From an uncultured Lachnospiraceae bacterium (GTDB taxonomy: Bacteria; Bacillota; Clostridia; Lachnospirales; Lachnospiraceae), in contig CAYOMP010000001.1 of the NCBI GenBank assembly GCA_964405075.1, forward strand, positions 1 through 59,354: a stretch of DNA of 59,354 nt, written 5' to 3'. A model generated the notes under the pieces. That model was not told where the DNA came from and did not search any database. It was given only the letters and a program-made list of their open reading frames with translations. This document shows, one piece after another, positions 8,703 through 18,832 of the stretch. Within the stretch, counting starts at the first letter, position 1, and each line of letters opens with the position of its first letter. A program made the translations under genes and the position numbers.

Positions 8703-10581
8703 AAAGTTTAAAAAGCCTGCAAAAAGTCCGATGCAGACAATGAAAAGATTAATGAAATATGTTTTTAAAAATTACAAAATTCATTGTCTGATTGTATTTA
8801 TATGTATTATTATAAGCACTTTGGCAAATGTTCGTGGAACAATGTTTATGAAGACACTTATTGATGATTATATAACTCCGTTTTTAGGTCAGCAAAATCC
8901 TGATTTTTCAAGACTTTTGATGGCACTTATGCAATTGGCTGTAATCTATGGTATCGGTATAGTTTCAACATGGAGCTATAACAGGATTATGGTTAATGTA
9001 ACTCAGGGTACATTAAAAAATGTGAGAAAAGATTTGTTTCAACATATGGAGAAACTGCCAATCAGATATTTTGATACACATGCACATGGCGATATAATGA
9101 GTGTTTATACCAATGATACGGATACTTTAAGACAGATGATAAGCCAGAGTATTCCACAGATTATATCGGCAGCATTTACTCTTATAAGTGTGCTGATTTC
9201 AATGATAATGTTAAGTATACCCCTTACATGCATAACCCTGTTAATGGCATTTGTTATGGTAAAGGTTACGAAGAAGCTGGCAGGTCAGAGTGGAAAATAC
9301 TTTATGGCGCAGCAGGTAAGTCTTGGAAAGTTAAATGGATATATTGAAGAAATGATGGAGGGGCAGAAGGTTGTCAAGGTATTCTGCCACGAAGAAGAAA
9401 GCAAAGAGGACTTTGACAGGTTAAATGAAGAATTATTTGAAAATGCTGACAGTGCCAATAGATATGCCAATGTTTTAATGCCTGTTATGGGAAATTTGGG
9501 AAATATTAATTATGTAATGACAGCCATTATAGGTGCAATTTTGGCAATTTACAAGGTGGGTGGTCTTACACTCGGAGGTCTTGCTTCATTTTTGCAGTTT
9601 AATAAGAGTTTCAGTCAGCCAATTTCACAGATTTCACAGCAGTTTAATTCAATCGTAATGGCACTTGCTGGAGCAGAAAGAATATTTGAAATCATCGATG
9701 AAAAGGTGGAAGAAGATGAGGGATATGTGGAGCTTGTAAATGCCATAATAGATGAAAATGGAAATATAACCGAATCAGATAAGAGAACAGGTGAATGGGC
9801 ATGGAAACATTTCCACAAAGCAGACGGTACTACAACATATCAGAAAATGGAGGGGGACGTAGTATTTGACCATGTAGATTTTGGTTATACAGATGAGAAG
9901 ATTGTACTACATGACGTGGAGTTGTATGCAAAGCCGGGTGAAAAAATTGCATTTGTTGGCGCAACAGGGGCTGGAAAGACAACAATTACAAACTTAATTA
10001 ACCGTTTCTACGATATTCAGGACGGAAAAATCAGGTATGATGGAATCAATATTAATAAGATTAAAAAGCCGGATTTAAGACGTTCATTAGGAATTGTTTT
10101 GCAGGATACACATCTTTTTACGGGAACGGTTATGGAAAATATTCGTTATGGAAAACTTGATGCAACAGATGAGGAAGTAATGGCGGCGGCAAAGCTGGCA
10201 AATGCAGATACATTTATTAAACATCTTCCTAACGGATACAATACGGTTTTGCATGGCGACGGAGGAAATTTGTCCCAAGGACAAAGACAGCTTCTAGCTA
10301 TTGCAAGGGCAGCAGTTGCTAATCCGCCTGTATTAATATTAGATGAGGCAACCTCAAGTATAGATACCCGTACTGAAAAAATTGTTCAGGAGGGCATGGA
10401 CAGATTAATGGAAGGAAGAACAGTATTTGTTATTGCCCACAGACTTTCTACTATTAAGAATTCCAATGTTATAATGGTGCTTGACAAGGGAAGAATTGTG
10501 GAGAGAGGAAACCACGAATCACTGTTAGAAAAGAAAGGTATATATTATCAGTTATATACGGGAGCGTTAGAACAGGATTAA
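8683..10581 (+). CDS. ABC exporter, fused permease/ATP-binding subunit (half transporter B)
   Basis: Walker A GATGAGKTT, signature LSQGQRQL, Walker B LILDEATSSID. Overlaps the upstream partner by 20 nt. Confidence 0.9.
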   Translation: MRMEKNKKFKKPAKSPMQTMKRLMKYVFKNYKIHCLIVFICIIISTLANVRGTMFMKTLIDDYITPFLGQQNPDFSRLLMALMQLAVIYGIGIVSTWSYNRIMVNVTQGTLKNVRKDLFQHMEKLPIRYFDTHAHGDIMSVYTNDTDTLRQMISQSIPQIISAAFTLISVLISMIMLSIPLTCITLLMAFVMVKVTKKLAGQSGKYFMAQQVSLGKLNGYIEEMMEGQKVVKVFCHEEESKEDFDRLNEELFENADSANRYANVLMPVMGNLGNINYVMTAIIGAILAIYKVGGLTLGGLASFLQFNKSFSQPISQISQQFNSIVMALAGAERIFEIIDEKVEEDEGYVELVNAIIDENGNITESDKRTGEWAWKHFHKADGTTTYQKMEGDVVFDHVDFGYTDEKIVLHDVELYAKPGEKIAFVGATGAGKTTITNLINRFYDIQDGKIRYDGININKIKKPDLRRSLGIVLQDTHLFTGTVMENIRYGKLDATDEEVMAAAKLANADTFIKHLPNGYNTVLHGDGGNLSQGQRQLLAIARAAVANPPVLILDEATSSIDTRTEKIVQEGMDRLMEGRTVFVIAHRLSTIKNSNVIMVLDKGRIVERGNHESLLEKKGIYYQLYTGALEQD

Positions 10582-10602
10582 AGGAATAAAGAAATAGAAA
10601 AG

Positions 10603-10633
10603 TAGAGCAGCTTAAATTTTAAAAGCTGCTCTA
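10603..10633. terminator. hairpin overlapping the araC-family stop codon, between convergent genes
   Basis: 11-bp perfect stem TAGAGCAGCTT/AAGCTGCTCTA with a 9-nt loop. T-rich flank on the minus strand. Confidence 0.5.
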
Positions 10634-11592
10634 TATTCATTTGGGGTCATTTTATACTGCTTTTTAAATACTCTGTGAAAGTAGCTTCTGTCATAATATC
10701 CCACAAGCTGGGCAATGTCCTCTACAGGGAGGTCAGTAGATTTAAGGTAATAACATGCTTCCTGCAATTTAGCCTCTATGATAATTTCAGAAAAACTCTT
10801 GTTAGTGTGCTTCTTTATGAGCGAAGATAAATAAGTCGGGTGATAATGGAAAGCCTCAGCTACAGAAGCCAAAGTGGCCGTATTCTTATATTGGTTGATA
10901 TAGGATAAAATATCAGAAAGCTGATTGTTTCCCATAATCTCGTAATTTTCACGGTCTATTGATTCTTTATGTGTCCTTAAAAGTTCGGTAAATAAAAGCG
11001 CAAGGTAGCATTCCATTGACTTCTTATAGCATATATCCTTTTTGAAAAATTCCTTTATTATTGACTGAACAAGAATAGTACTTTGAGAGTTCTTATTACT
11101 TGGAAAATACAAATAGGAATTTTTTTCATTCGTAGTAAAAAGTGATGTAAGGAAAAAACGGCTCATTAAGTCATTTTCCGCAATTAAGCATAAAAATGAT
11201 TCCTGAAAGAGAGAGGGTTTTATTAAAATATTAAATAGAAGGTCTGATGGAGAGTGGGTATTGACAGAGTGTCTGTCATTGGGGCTTAAAAGGCATATAT
11301 CGCCTACATAAAGGTCTCTTGACTGACTGTTAATGCTTTGGGTGCATTTGCCCCGTGAAACATAGAGAAGCTCGAAGTAGTCATGTGTATGAGCTACAGA
11401 CCTGTTATTGGCAATGAATGGGTGAATTGATACTAAAATATTTTCGTCTGATTCAAATAAGTCTTCTGATTTCACAATGGCATTTTCACGAAGCTCTGAT
11501 TTTTCAATTCCGTTTAAAATACAAAGGTCATCAACAAAAGGCAGGCTTGCTATGTAATTGTCTATGAATTCATTAAAGGTTTCATTAATCAT
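10612..11592 (-). CDS. AraC-family transcriptional regulator (cupin sensor + HTH)
   Basis: N-terminal cupin-like HTHDYFELLYVSRG. C-terminal AraC HTH with YFHRVFKKQYKMTPNEYR. Confidence 0.9.
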   Translation of the reverse strand: MINETFNEFIDNYIASLPFVDDLCILNGIEKSELRENAIVKSEDLFESDENILVSIHPFIANNRSVAHTHDYFELLYVSRGKCTQSINSQSRDLYVGDICLLSPNDRHSVNTHSPSDLLFNILIKPSLFQESFLCLIAENDLMSRFFLTSLFTTNEKNSYLYFPSNKNSQSTILVQSIIKEFFKKDICYKKSMECYLALLFTELLRTHKESIDRENYEIMGNNQLSDILSYINQYKNTATLASVAEAFHYHPTYLSSLIKKHTNKSFSEIIIEAKLQEACYYLKSTDLPVEDIAQLVGYYDRSYFHRVFKKQYKMTPNEYRAAFKI

Positions 11593-11842
11593 AAGGTTAT
11601 TTCAATTCCTTTATAGTTGTTGTTTATGTAAAGTTAGTATATAGTATGAAACCGAAATGTTCAATAGTTGTTGAAAATATTAAAAAAATAGTGTTAAAAA
11701 AGTCCACATTAAGAACTTATATTATTCTAATTATTTTTTTAAACGATAATGCTACACTTAATACATAAAAAACAAATAAAAACAACAAGGAAATTGTACA
11801 ATATGCCTAAAATGTAACACGAAAAACGAAAAGAGGTATTTT

Positions 11843-13159
11843 ATGGAAGCAAAAATGAAAAATTCAAGAATAATAGGTTACGGATTGGGAAGTCTTGGAA
11901 AGGACTTGGCATTGGGAGTAATAGGGTCGTATCTGTTGTTATTTTATACAGATATATTAGGAATTTCTGCGGCAGCAGCAGGGGCGATACTGGTATTGAC
12001 AAAAATATGGGACGCAATAAATGATCCTATGATGGGTTCAATAGTAGACAGAACTAACAGCAGATGGGGAAGATTCAGACCATATGTATTGTTTGTGCCG
12101 ATACCATTGGCAGTGTTTTCAGCGCTGTGCTTTGTGGCACCTGACTGGGGGACAACAGCTAAGGTTATTTATGCATTAGTTACCTATACAATTACGGGAA
12201 TGCTTTTTACGGCTTATGATGTTCCTTTATGGGGAATGGTTCCGTCTATTACAAACAATCAGAATGACAGTAACAAATGTATTTCATCAGCAAGATTTTT
12301 TACGAGTCTTGGAATGCTTTTAGCAACAACAATGGCGTATCCGCTTATTCAAAAGCTTGGAGGCGGTGTGGAAGTAGAAAATTTGAAGGTTGGGTATCCA
12401 AGGTTTATGGCAATTCTTGGAGTGATAAGCGTTATTTTTGCATGGATTACATTTGCCAGTACAAAGGAAAAAGAACAGACAGAGAAAAATGAAAATAGTG
12501 AAAATGTATTTAAAGAATTTTTAAATGTAATTAAAAACAAGAATGTAAGAACTATATTTATTGCCATGACGTTACAGGCAATAGCAATGATTTTGCCAAA
12601 TACGATAGGTGCTTATTATGTTATTCACTATCTTGGCAGACCTGAAATGGTTGCTGTTTATTTTGGAGTGACAGGGATTATAGGACTTTTTACGGCACCG
12701 CTTACCTCAATTGCATTAAAGAAGATTACAGCTAAGAAGTTGACAATGATGGCTATGGCAGTTTCAACTGCTTTAAGCGTTGTGGCATTTTTTGTTCCAA
12801 GTAATAATATAGTTTTATTGTTGGGAATTTTTGCACTGTATGGATTTTTTATGGCAGTACCTATGGTCAGCATTACTTCATTGTTAGTAGATGCAGGAAA
12901 TGAAATTTATGAAGAAACAGGAAAGAGGAAGGATGGAGTACTATTTTCGCTTAAATATTTTGCGATAAAGTGCGGAACAGCATTGGCAAGCTGACTGGCA
13001 ATTTTTGTTTTAACTGTTACACATTACAAATCAAATGAAATGGTACAGGAGGCCTCTGTATTAGTCGGCTTAAATGTATCAAGAACATTAATGATTGCAG
13101 CAGTATATATTCTGGCAATTTTGGTTATAAGCAGGTTTTCAGCAAAAACCGTTAAGTAG
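11843..13159 (+). pseudogene. GPH-family (MelB-like) glycoside:cation symporter with an in-frame TGA at 12992-12994
   Basis: N-terminal GPH motif DAINDPMMGSIVDRTNSRWGRFRP. After the TGA, the same frame stays open for 54 codons encoding two hydrophobic segments (LAIFVLTV...TLMIAAVYILAILVI) until TAG 13157-13159. Confidence 0.75.
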
Positions 13160-13170
13160 TGAGGTAGTTT

Positions 13171-15840
13171 ATGTATAGAATTTTTGATTTGAAATGCAAT
13201 AAAATGTCTAATCCAAAGGGGATTGATACATTAATTCCACAGTTTTCGTGGAGAATGGAAAGCGACAGACAGGATACTTTTCAGACTGCATATGAAATTG
13301 AAGTAAGAGATGAAGATGAAAACTGTCTTTGGAGTGTTTGTAGGGAAGATGGCAGAAACTTTGGAATAGAATATGATGGTGCCCCATTAAAGACGGGAGA
13401 AAAATATGTGTGGACGGTTAAAAGCATAAATAATTATGGTGAAAGCTTTAAGAGCCAAAGGGCATACTTTGAAATGGGCATTACAGACAAAAAAAGTTGG
13501 AGGGCAAAATGGATTGAAGCTCCGCAAAAGCGAAAAGAAATAAAAGATATTACTGATTCTGCAAGCATATTTTCAGGAAAGGTAAGGTCAAATGAAAATC
13601 AGGAGGAATACTTAAATCCGCCTGTATATTTCAGAAAAAGAATCAATATATCAAAAACAGTAAAAAGAGCAAAAGTTTATGCCACAGCACATGGAGTTTA
13701 TGAATTGAGTATTGATAAAAAAGCATTTAGTGAGGTTTTGGCACCTGGTTATACGGCATATGGTAAATATTTGGATTATCAAAGCTATGATGTGGCAGAA
13801 TACCTTACTTTGGGCTGGCATGAGCTTGAGTGTATTTTGGCAGATGGCTGGTACAGCGGAAAAATCGGGCTGATGGGAGTTGGCAATCAGTATGGAAGCA
13901 CAAATGCGTTTCTGATGCAGATGGAAATACAATACGAAGACGGCAGTGTGGAAAAAATATGCAGTGACGAAAGCTTTGAATGGGCTGAGGGAGCATATAA
14001 TTATGCGGATATATTTGTAGGAGAAAGTATTGACTATTCAAAACCTGAGCCAGATTATCAAAGCGGAGTGCTTGTTAAGGAATATGGTTATGAGAATTTG
14101 CATGGTACATGCTGCGAACCTGTAAGAGTTTTGCGGGAAAAGAAACCTGTAAAACTGATAAGAACGCCAAAGGGTGAAATCGTTTTGGACGCAGGAGAAA
14201 ATATAGCAGGTTATACTAAATTTTCATTAAAAACTAAAAAGGGAATGGTAATAGGCTTAGAACATAGTGAAATTTTGGACAAAGATGGCAATTTTATGCA
14301 AAATATAATGGGGCAGAATAAAAATCAGAAGGATATTATTAAATGCAGTGGCAAAAAAACAAGCTATTGCCCTAAATTTACATTTCATGGGTTCAGATAT
14401 GTGAAGGTAACGGGATTTGATGAAGAAGAACAAAAAAGCATAAATAAGGACGATTTTACCATTGTCATTATAGGAACAGATTTGGAAAAGACAGGGGAAT
14501 TTGTTACCTCAAATGAAAAAATAAATAAGCTTCAGGAAAATATATACAGAAGCCAGCAGGGAAATATGGTGTCTGTTCCTACAGATTGTCCGCAGCGTGA
14601 AAGAGCTGGGTGGACGGGAGATATGCAGGTATATGCACAAACTGCCGTGTTTAATATGAATGTATATGCGTTTTTGGATAAATGGCTTGAGAATATGAGG
14701 CTGGAACAGCTTGACGATGGTCAGATACCAAATGTAGTACCGACAATTGACAGCAATAAATATATTGACGGAGAAAATAGAAAGCATATCTGTTCAGCGG
14801 GCTGGGGAGATGCATGTATAATTGTTCCTTATAGAATGTACATGGCATATGGTGATAAGAAGATTCTTCAAAATAATTATGAAATGATGAAAAGATGGTT
14901 GAAATATGTTGAAAATCAGGCAAGCAAATATACTCCAAAGGACGTATTAACATATTCAATAGAAGAAAAGGAGAGGCAAAAGTATCTTTGGAATACAGAA
15001 TTTCATTTTGGTGATTGGCTTATTCCAAGCATTGTTGCAAAGACAGGCAACCCAATGCAGACAGCAATACTTACAAAGGAACAGGCAGCCACAGCCATGT
15101 ATGCTTATACAACAGGCATGATGATTGAAATTAATACTATATTGGGGTATTACGAAGAGGCAAAAAGGTATACGGTTTTAAATAAGAAAATTTGTGAGGC
15201 TTTTTCCAATGAATATATTAAGGAAGACGGCAGTATTGAACCAAATGTTCAGGGAATTTATGTACTTGCTCTTTATATGGGAATGGCAGCAGAGGATAAG
15301 AGGGAAAAATGCGTTAAAAAGCTGGTAGAATTAATTCATGCAAACAATGATTGCCTTGATACAGGATTTTTGTCAGTTCCGTTTTTATTGGATACGTTGT
15401 GTAAGTATGGAGAAAGTGAACTTGCATATACTCTATTGTATCAGGAGAAGTGCCCTTCATGGCTTTATGAAGTGAATATGGGAGCTACTACTGTTTGGGA
15501 AAACTGGGCGGCAATTTTGCCAAACGGCACAAGAACCAATTCATCTTACAATCATTTTGCATTTGGCTGTGTGGGAGATTTTATGTATCGTAAAATAGGC
15601 GGAATAATCATGGAAGAAGCAGGATATAAAAAGATACTGATAGAGCCTGACTTTAGCTGTGGCTTGGATAAAGTGTATACAAGTCTCTTGACGCCGTATG
15701 GAAAGCTTAGTGCAGATTGGGAGAAAAAAGACGGACGGTATCTACTAAAGATAAAGCTTCCGCCAAACACGTCAGGCAGAGTAAAGCTTGCAGATAAAGT
15801 ATTTGAAATAGGCAATGGCGAATTTGAATTTTCGGTTTAA
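13171..15840 (+). CDS. alpha-L-rhamnosidase (GH78)
   Basis: 889 aa. GH78 hallmark VPTDCPQRERAGWTGD and an N-terminal rhamnosidase-type beta domain. Confidence 0.9.
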   Translation: MYRIFDLKCNKMSNPKGIDTLIPQFSWRMESDRQDTFQTAYEIEVRDEDENCLWSVCREDGRNFGIEYDGAPLKTGEKYVWTVKSINNYGESFKSQRAYFEMGITDKKSWRAKWIEAPQKRKEIKDITDSASIFSGKVRSNENQEEYLNPPVYFRKRINISKTVKRAKVYATAHGVYELSIDKKAFSEVLAPGYTAYGKYLDYQSYDVAEYLTLGWHELECILADGWYSGKIGLMGVGNQYGSTNAFLMQMEIQYEDGSVEKICSDESFEWAEGAYNYADIFVGESIDYSKPEPDYQSGVLVKEYGYENLHGTCCEPVRVLREKKPVKLIRTPKGEIVLDAGENIAGYTKFSLKTKKGMVIGLEHSEILDKDGNFMQNIMGQNKNQKDIIKCSGKKTSYCPKFTFHGFRYVKVTGFDEEEQKSINKDDFTIVIIGTDLEKTGEFVTSNEKINKLQENIYRSQQGNMVSVPTDCPQRERAGWTGDMQVYAQTAVFNMNVYAFLDKWLENMRLEQLDDGQIPNVVPTIDSNKYIDGENRKHICSAGWGDACIIVPYRMYMAYGDKKILQNNYEMMKRWLKYVENQASKYTPKDVLTYSIEEKERQKYLWNTEFHFGDWLIPSIVAKTGNPMQTAILTKEQAATAMYAYTTGMMIEINTILGYYEEAKRYTVLNKKICEAFSNEYIKEDGSIEPNVQGIYVLALYMGMAAEDKREKCVKKLVELIHANNDCLDTGFLSVPFLLDTLCKYGESELAYTLLYQEKCPSWLYEVNMGATTVWENWAAILPNGTRTNSSYNHFAFGCVGDFMYRKIGGIIMEEAGYKKILIEPDFSCGLDKVYTSLLTPYGKLSADWEKKDGRYLLKIKLPPNTSGRVKLADKVFEIGNGEFEFSV

Positions 15841-15940
15841 AATGAATAGGTTGCTATATGTAGTGCGTGAAGTTGTTTTCTATTCCTTGAATATGTATTA
15901 TAATAAATGATAATATTTTATCACAACGGAGGAAGAAAAA

Positions 15941-16969
15941 ATGGAAATGGTGACATTGGGTAAAACAGGAATAACGGTTAATAAAAATGGTTTTGGAGCG
16001 TTGCCAATTCAGCGAATAAGTACGGAAGATGCAGTAAAACTTGCAAGAAAAGCATATGATGCAGGAATAACTTTTTTTGACACAGCAAGATTTTATACAG
16101 ATAGTGAAGAAAAGTTGGGAGAGGCATTTGCGGGAATGAGAGAAAAAGTCTACATTGCTACAAAGACAGCAGCTTCTAATGCAGATGAGTTTTGGGCGCA
16201 GCTTGAAGTATCACTTAATAATCTAAAAACGGATTATATAGATATTTACCAATTTCATAATCCTTCTTTTTGTCCGAAGCCGGGAGATAAAACAGGGCTT
16301 TATGAAGCAATGTTGGAAGCTAAAAAACAGGGAAAAATACGCCATATTGGAATTACCAATCACAGACTTGCTGTAGCAAATGAGGCAATTGAATCGGGTT
16401 TATATGAAACATTGCAGTTCCCGTTTTGTTATCTTGCCAGTGATAAGGATTTAGAGATAGTGGAAAAATGCAAAAAAGCAGGAATGGGATTTATCGCCAT
16501 GAAGGCATTGTCAGGCGGACTTATCACAAATTCGGCAGCAGCCTATGCATTTGAGGCACAGTATGATAATGTTCTCCCGATATGGGGAGTTCAAAAAGAA
16601 AAAGAGCTTGATGAATTTATTTCATATATTGACAATCCTCCAACCATGACAGAAGAGATTAAGGCATTAATTGAAAAAGACAGAAAAGAGCTTAGCGGTG
16701 AATTCTGTCGTGGCTGCGGATACTGTATGCCATGTCCTGCAGGAATAGAAATTAACAACTGTGCCAGAATGTCACTTTTGCTTCGTCGTTCTCCATCAGA
16801 ACTTCAGCTTACAAAAGAAGTACAGGAAAAAATGAAGAAAATCGAAAATTGTTTGCACTGTAATAAGTGTAAGAGCAAATGTCCTTATGGACTGGATACA
16901 CCGACACTGCTTCAGAAGAATTATGAGGACTACAAGAGAGTGTTGGCTGGGGAAGTGAGTGTTGGGTAA
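15941..16969 (+). CDS. aldo/keto reductase with a C-terminal Fe-S cluster domain
   Basis: AKR core (GITFFDTARFY, IDIYQFHNP). C-terminal CRGCGYCMPCP ... CLHCNKCKSKCP cysteine motifs. Confidence 0.85.
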   Translation: MEMVTLGKTGITVNKNGFGALPIQRISTEDAVKLARKAYDAGITFFDTARFYTDSEEKLGEAFAGMREKVYIATKTAASNADEFWAQLEVSLNNLKTDYIDIYQFHNPSFCPKPGDKTGLYEAMLEAKKQGKIRHIGITNHRLAVANEAIESGLYETLQFPFCYLASDKDLEIVEKCKKAGMGFIAMKALSGGLITNSAAAYAFEAQYDNVLPIWGVQKEKELDEFISYIDNPPTMTEEIKALIEKDRKELSGEFCRGCGYCMPCPAGIEINNCARMSLLLRRSPSELQLTKEVQEKMKKIENCLHCNKCKSKCPYGLDTPTLLQKNYEDYKRVLAGEVSVG

Positions 16970-16972
16970 ATT

Positions 16973-17194
16973 TTGATTTGTAAGAAAATTTTTGAATATA
17001 TTGTCTCAAGTGTTAGTTTTGAAAAGGATGTAAAAAGTGTGAAAACACAAATAAATGAAGTATTAGATAATATTCTAACAGAGAAGAGCCTGTATTGTAA
17101 GGATAGAGGAATAAAGATTTCTTGTGTAATAGATGGAAATCAGATAGATCTGTTTTTAGTTGAAAATACTTATGCCGATTCCAAAAATAAATAA
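16973..17194 (+). pseudogene. collapsed remnant of an AgrC-like histidine kinase gene (paralog of 22432..23712)
   Basis: 17064-17159 matches 23284-23379 at 90/96 nt. 17160-17204 matches the kinase 3' end at 23673-23715. The intervening 293 nt (ATPase domain) are missing. Confidence 0.8.
16984..17064 (+). repeat. about 80-nt block homologous to the region upstream of the LytTR regulator (21545-21625)
   Basis: Shared core TGTTAGTTTTGAAAA(G/T)GATGTAAAA(A)GTGT(G/T)AAAAC(C)ACAAAT. Confidence 0.7.
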
Positions 17195-17212
17195 GAACCT
17201 TTTTTAGTGGGT

Positions 17213-17245
17213 AGACAGTCAGAGTAATGGCTGTCTATTTTTTTA
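17213..17245 (+). terminator. rho-independent terminator
   Basis: 9-bp stem TAGACAGTC/GGCTGTCTA followed by TTTTTTT. Confidence 0.75.
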
Positions 17246-17391
17246 CACAATTTTAATTTTACTATTCTTTTACACTAATTTCTCATTAGATTGATAGCAC
17301 GAAACTAATACATTTTGTAGAATCTAGCTTGGGAGAGTATATCTTTCGAAATAATAAATAAGTTATTACGAGAAGGGATGGAGATGAGCCT

Positions 17392-18777
17392 ATGATTAAG
17401 ACTTATGTATTAGACACTAATGTATTGATTCATGCACCTTATGCAATGGAATGTTTTGAAGATAACAATGTGATTATTCCATTGGTGGTGATTGAAGAAC
17501 TAGATGGACTAAAAAAGGCTGATGGAGATAAAGGAGCAAGTGTAAGAGAAGCAATCCGCAATTTAGAAAGATATCGTACACAGGGGGATTTGTTTCAGGG
17601 AATTCAATTGGAAAAGGGTGGAATCTTAAAAATAGAAGCGAACTGTGTGAATACGGAATTACCAGAATCTCTTATTGCAGAGAAGCAGGATAATCGAATT
17701 TTAAAAGTATGTAAAGCACATAAAGATGCAGGTGAGACTATTGTACTTGTAACAAAAGATTTGGTACTTAGAATCAAGGCAGATGTATTAGGTATTCAAG
17801 CAGAGGATTTTACAACGGAACAGGTTCCTAGACAGAAAGAGCAGTACACGGGACGTATAGAATGCTTTGTGACCGAAGAAAAGTTTAAAAATTTTAAGAA
17901 AAAAGGTATTAACAAGAAACATGTATATTTGATTGATGAGAATGAAACAAGTTATTCTCCTGAATTATTTGAAAATCAATTTGTAATTCTAAAAGCAGAT
18001 CAGTCTGTTCGAAAAACACAGTTGGGAAGAGTAGAGGGAGACAGAATAGTTCCTCTTGATTACAAAAAAGCAAAGCCATATGGCATTTCACCAAGAAATG
18101 TAGGACAGTATTTCTTGCAGGAAGCATTGATGCAACCAGCAGAGAAAGCTCCCCTTGTGATTGTAAAAGGAATGGCTGGGACTGCAAAGACATTTTATTC
18201 ATTAGTGGTTGGTTTGGAGAGAATCTATAATAATCCGACAGGTGAATATCGAAAAATTCTTGTAACAAGACCGAATGCACAGTTTGACAGTGATATCGGA
18301 TTTTTGCCAGGGGATGAACAGGAAAAAATATCCCCGCTAATGAGACCGATTATAGACAATTTGGAACAGATTATAGATTCTAATGAAGAGGAACGTTATA
18401 AGGATGAAAAAGAACTCCAAGGTAAGATTGAGGAAATCTTTGAACGAGGATTTATTCAGACGGAAGCTATGAATTTTATCAGAGGACGCTCTTTTGTGAA
18501 AACCTATTTGATCGTTGATGAGGCACAGAATATGACACCAAGTCAGATTAAAGGAATTATTACCAGAGCTGGTAAAGGTACAAAAGTTATTATTTTAGGT
18601 GATCCAAATCAGATAGATAATAGTTTTGTTGACGAGCGTACGAATGGATTAAGTTATGCATCAGAGTATATGAAAGGTAGTCCATATTGCTATCAGATTA
18701 CGTTAAATGCAGAAGAATGTGAAAGAAGTGATCTTGCAATGGATGCAATTCAGAGATTACAAGGAAAAATTAGATAG
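17392..18777 (+). CDS. PhoH2/YlaK-type protein (N-terminal PIN domain fused to PhoH ATPase)
   Basis: PIN start YVLDTNVLIHAP...IPLVVIEELDGLK. Walker A GMAGTAKT and Walker B LIVDEAQN. Confidence 0.85.
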   Translation: MIKTYVLDTNVLIHAPYAMECFEDNNVIIPLVVIEELDGLKKADGDKGASVREAIRNLERYRTQGDLFQGIQLEKGGILKIEANCVNTELPESLIAEKQDNRILKVCKAHKDAGETIVLVTKDLVLRIKADVLGIQAEDFTTEQVPRQKEQYTGRIECFVTEEKFKNFKKKGINKKHVYLIDENETSYSPELFENQFVILKADQSVRKTQLGRVEGDRIVPLDYKKAKPYGISPRNVGQYFLQEALMQPAEKAPLVIVKGMAGTAKTFYSLVVGLERIYNNPTGEYRKILVTRPNAQFDSDIGFLPGDEQEKISPLMRPIIDNLEQIIDSNEEERYKDEKELQGKIEEIFERGFIQTEAMNFIRGRSFVKTYLIVDEAQNMTPSQIKGIITRAGKGTKVIILGDPNQIDNSFVDERTNGLSYASEYMKGSPYCYQITLNAEECERSDLAMDAIQRLQGKIR

Positions 18778-18832
18778 GGTGGCATTGGAAAACCACCAAA
18801 AGAATTACAACAAAAACTGGAGAGGAATAATA

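Noticed and set aside
12992-12994. In-frame TGA in the GPH symporter read as selenocysteine or as a sign of a TGA-recoded genetic code.
   Set aside because: Other genes in the window clearly terminate at TGA, for example the DinJ antitoxin at 1068-1070. A transporter helix is not a selenoprotein context, and no SECIS-like hairpin follows the codon. A nonsense mutation or a sequencing error is the simpler explanation.
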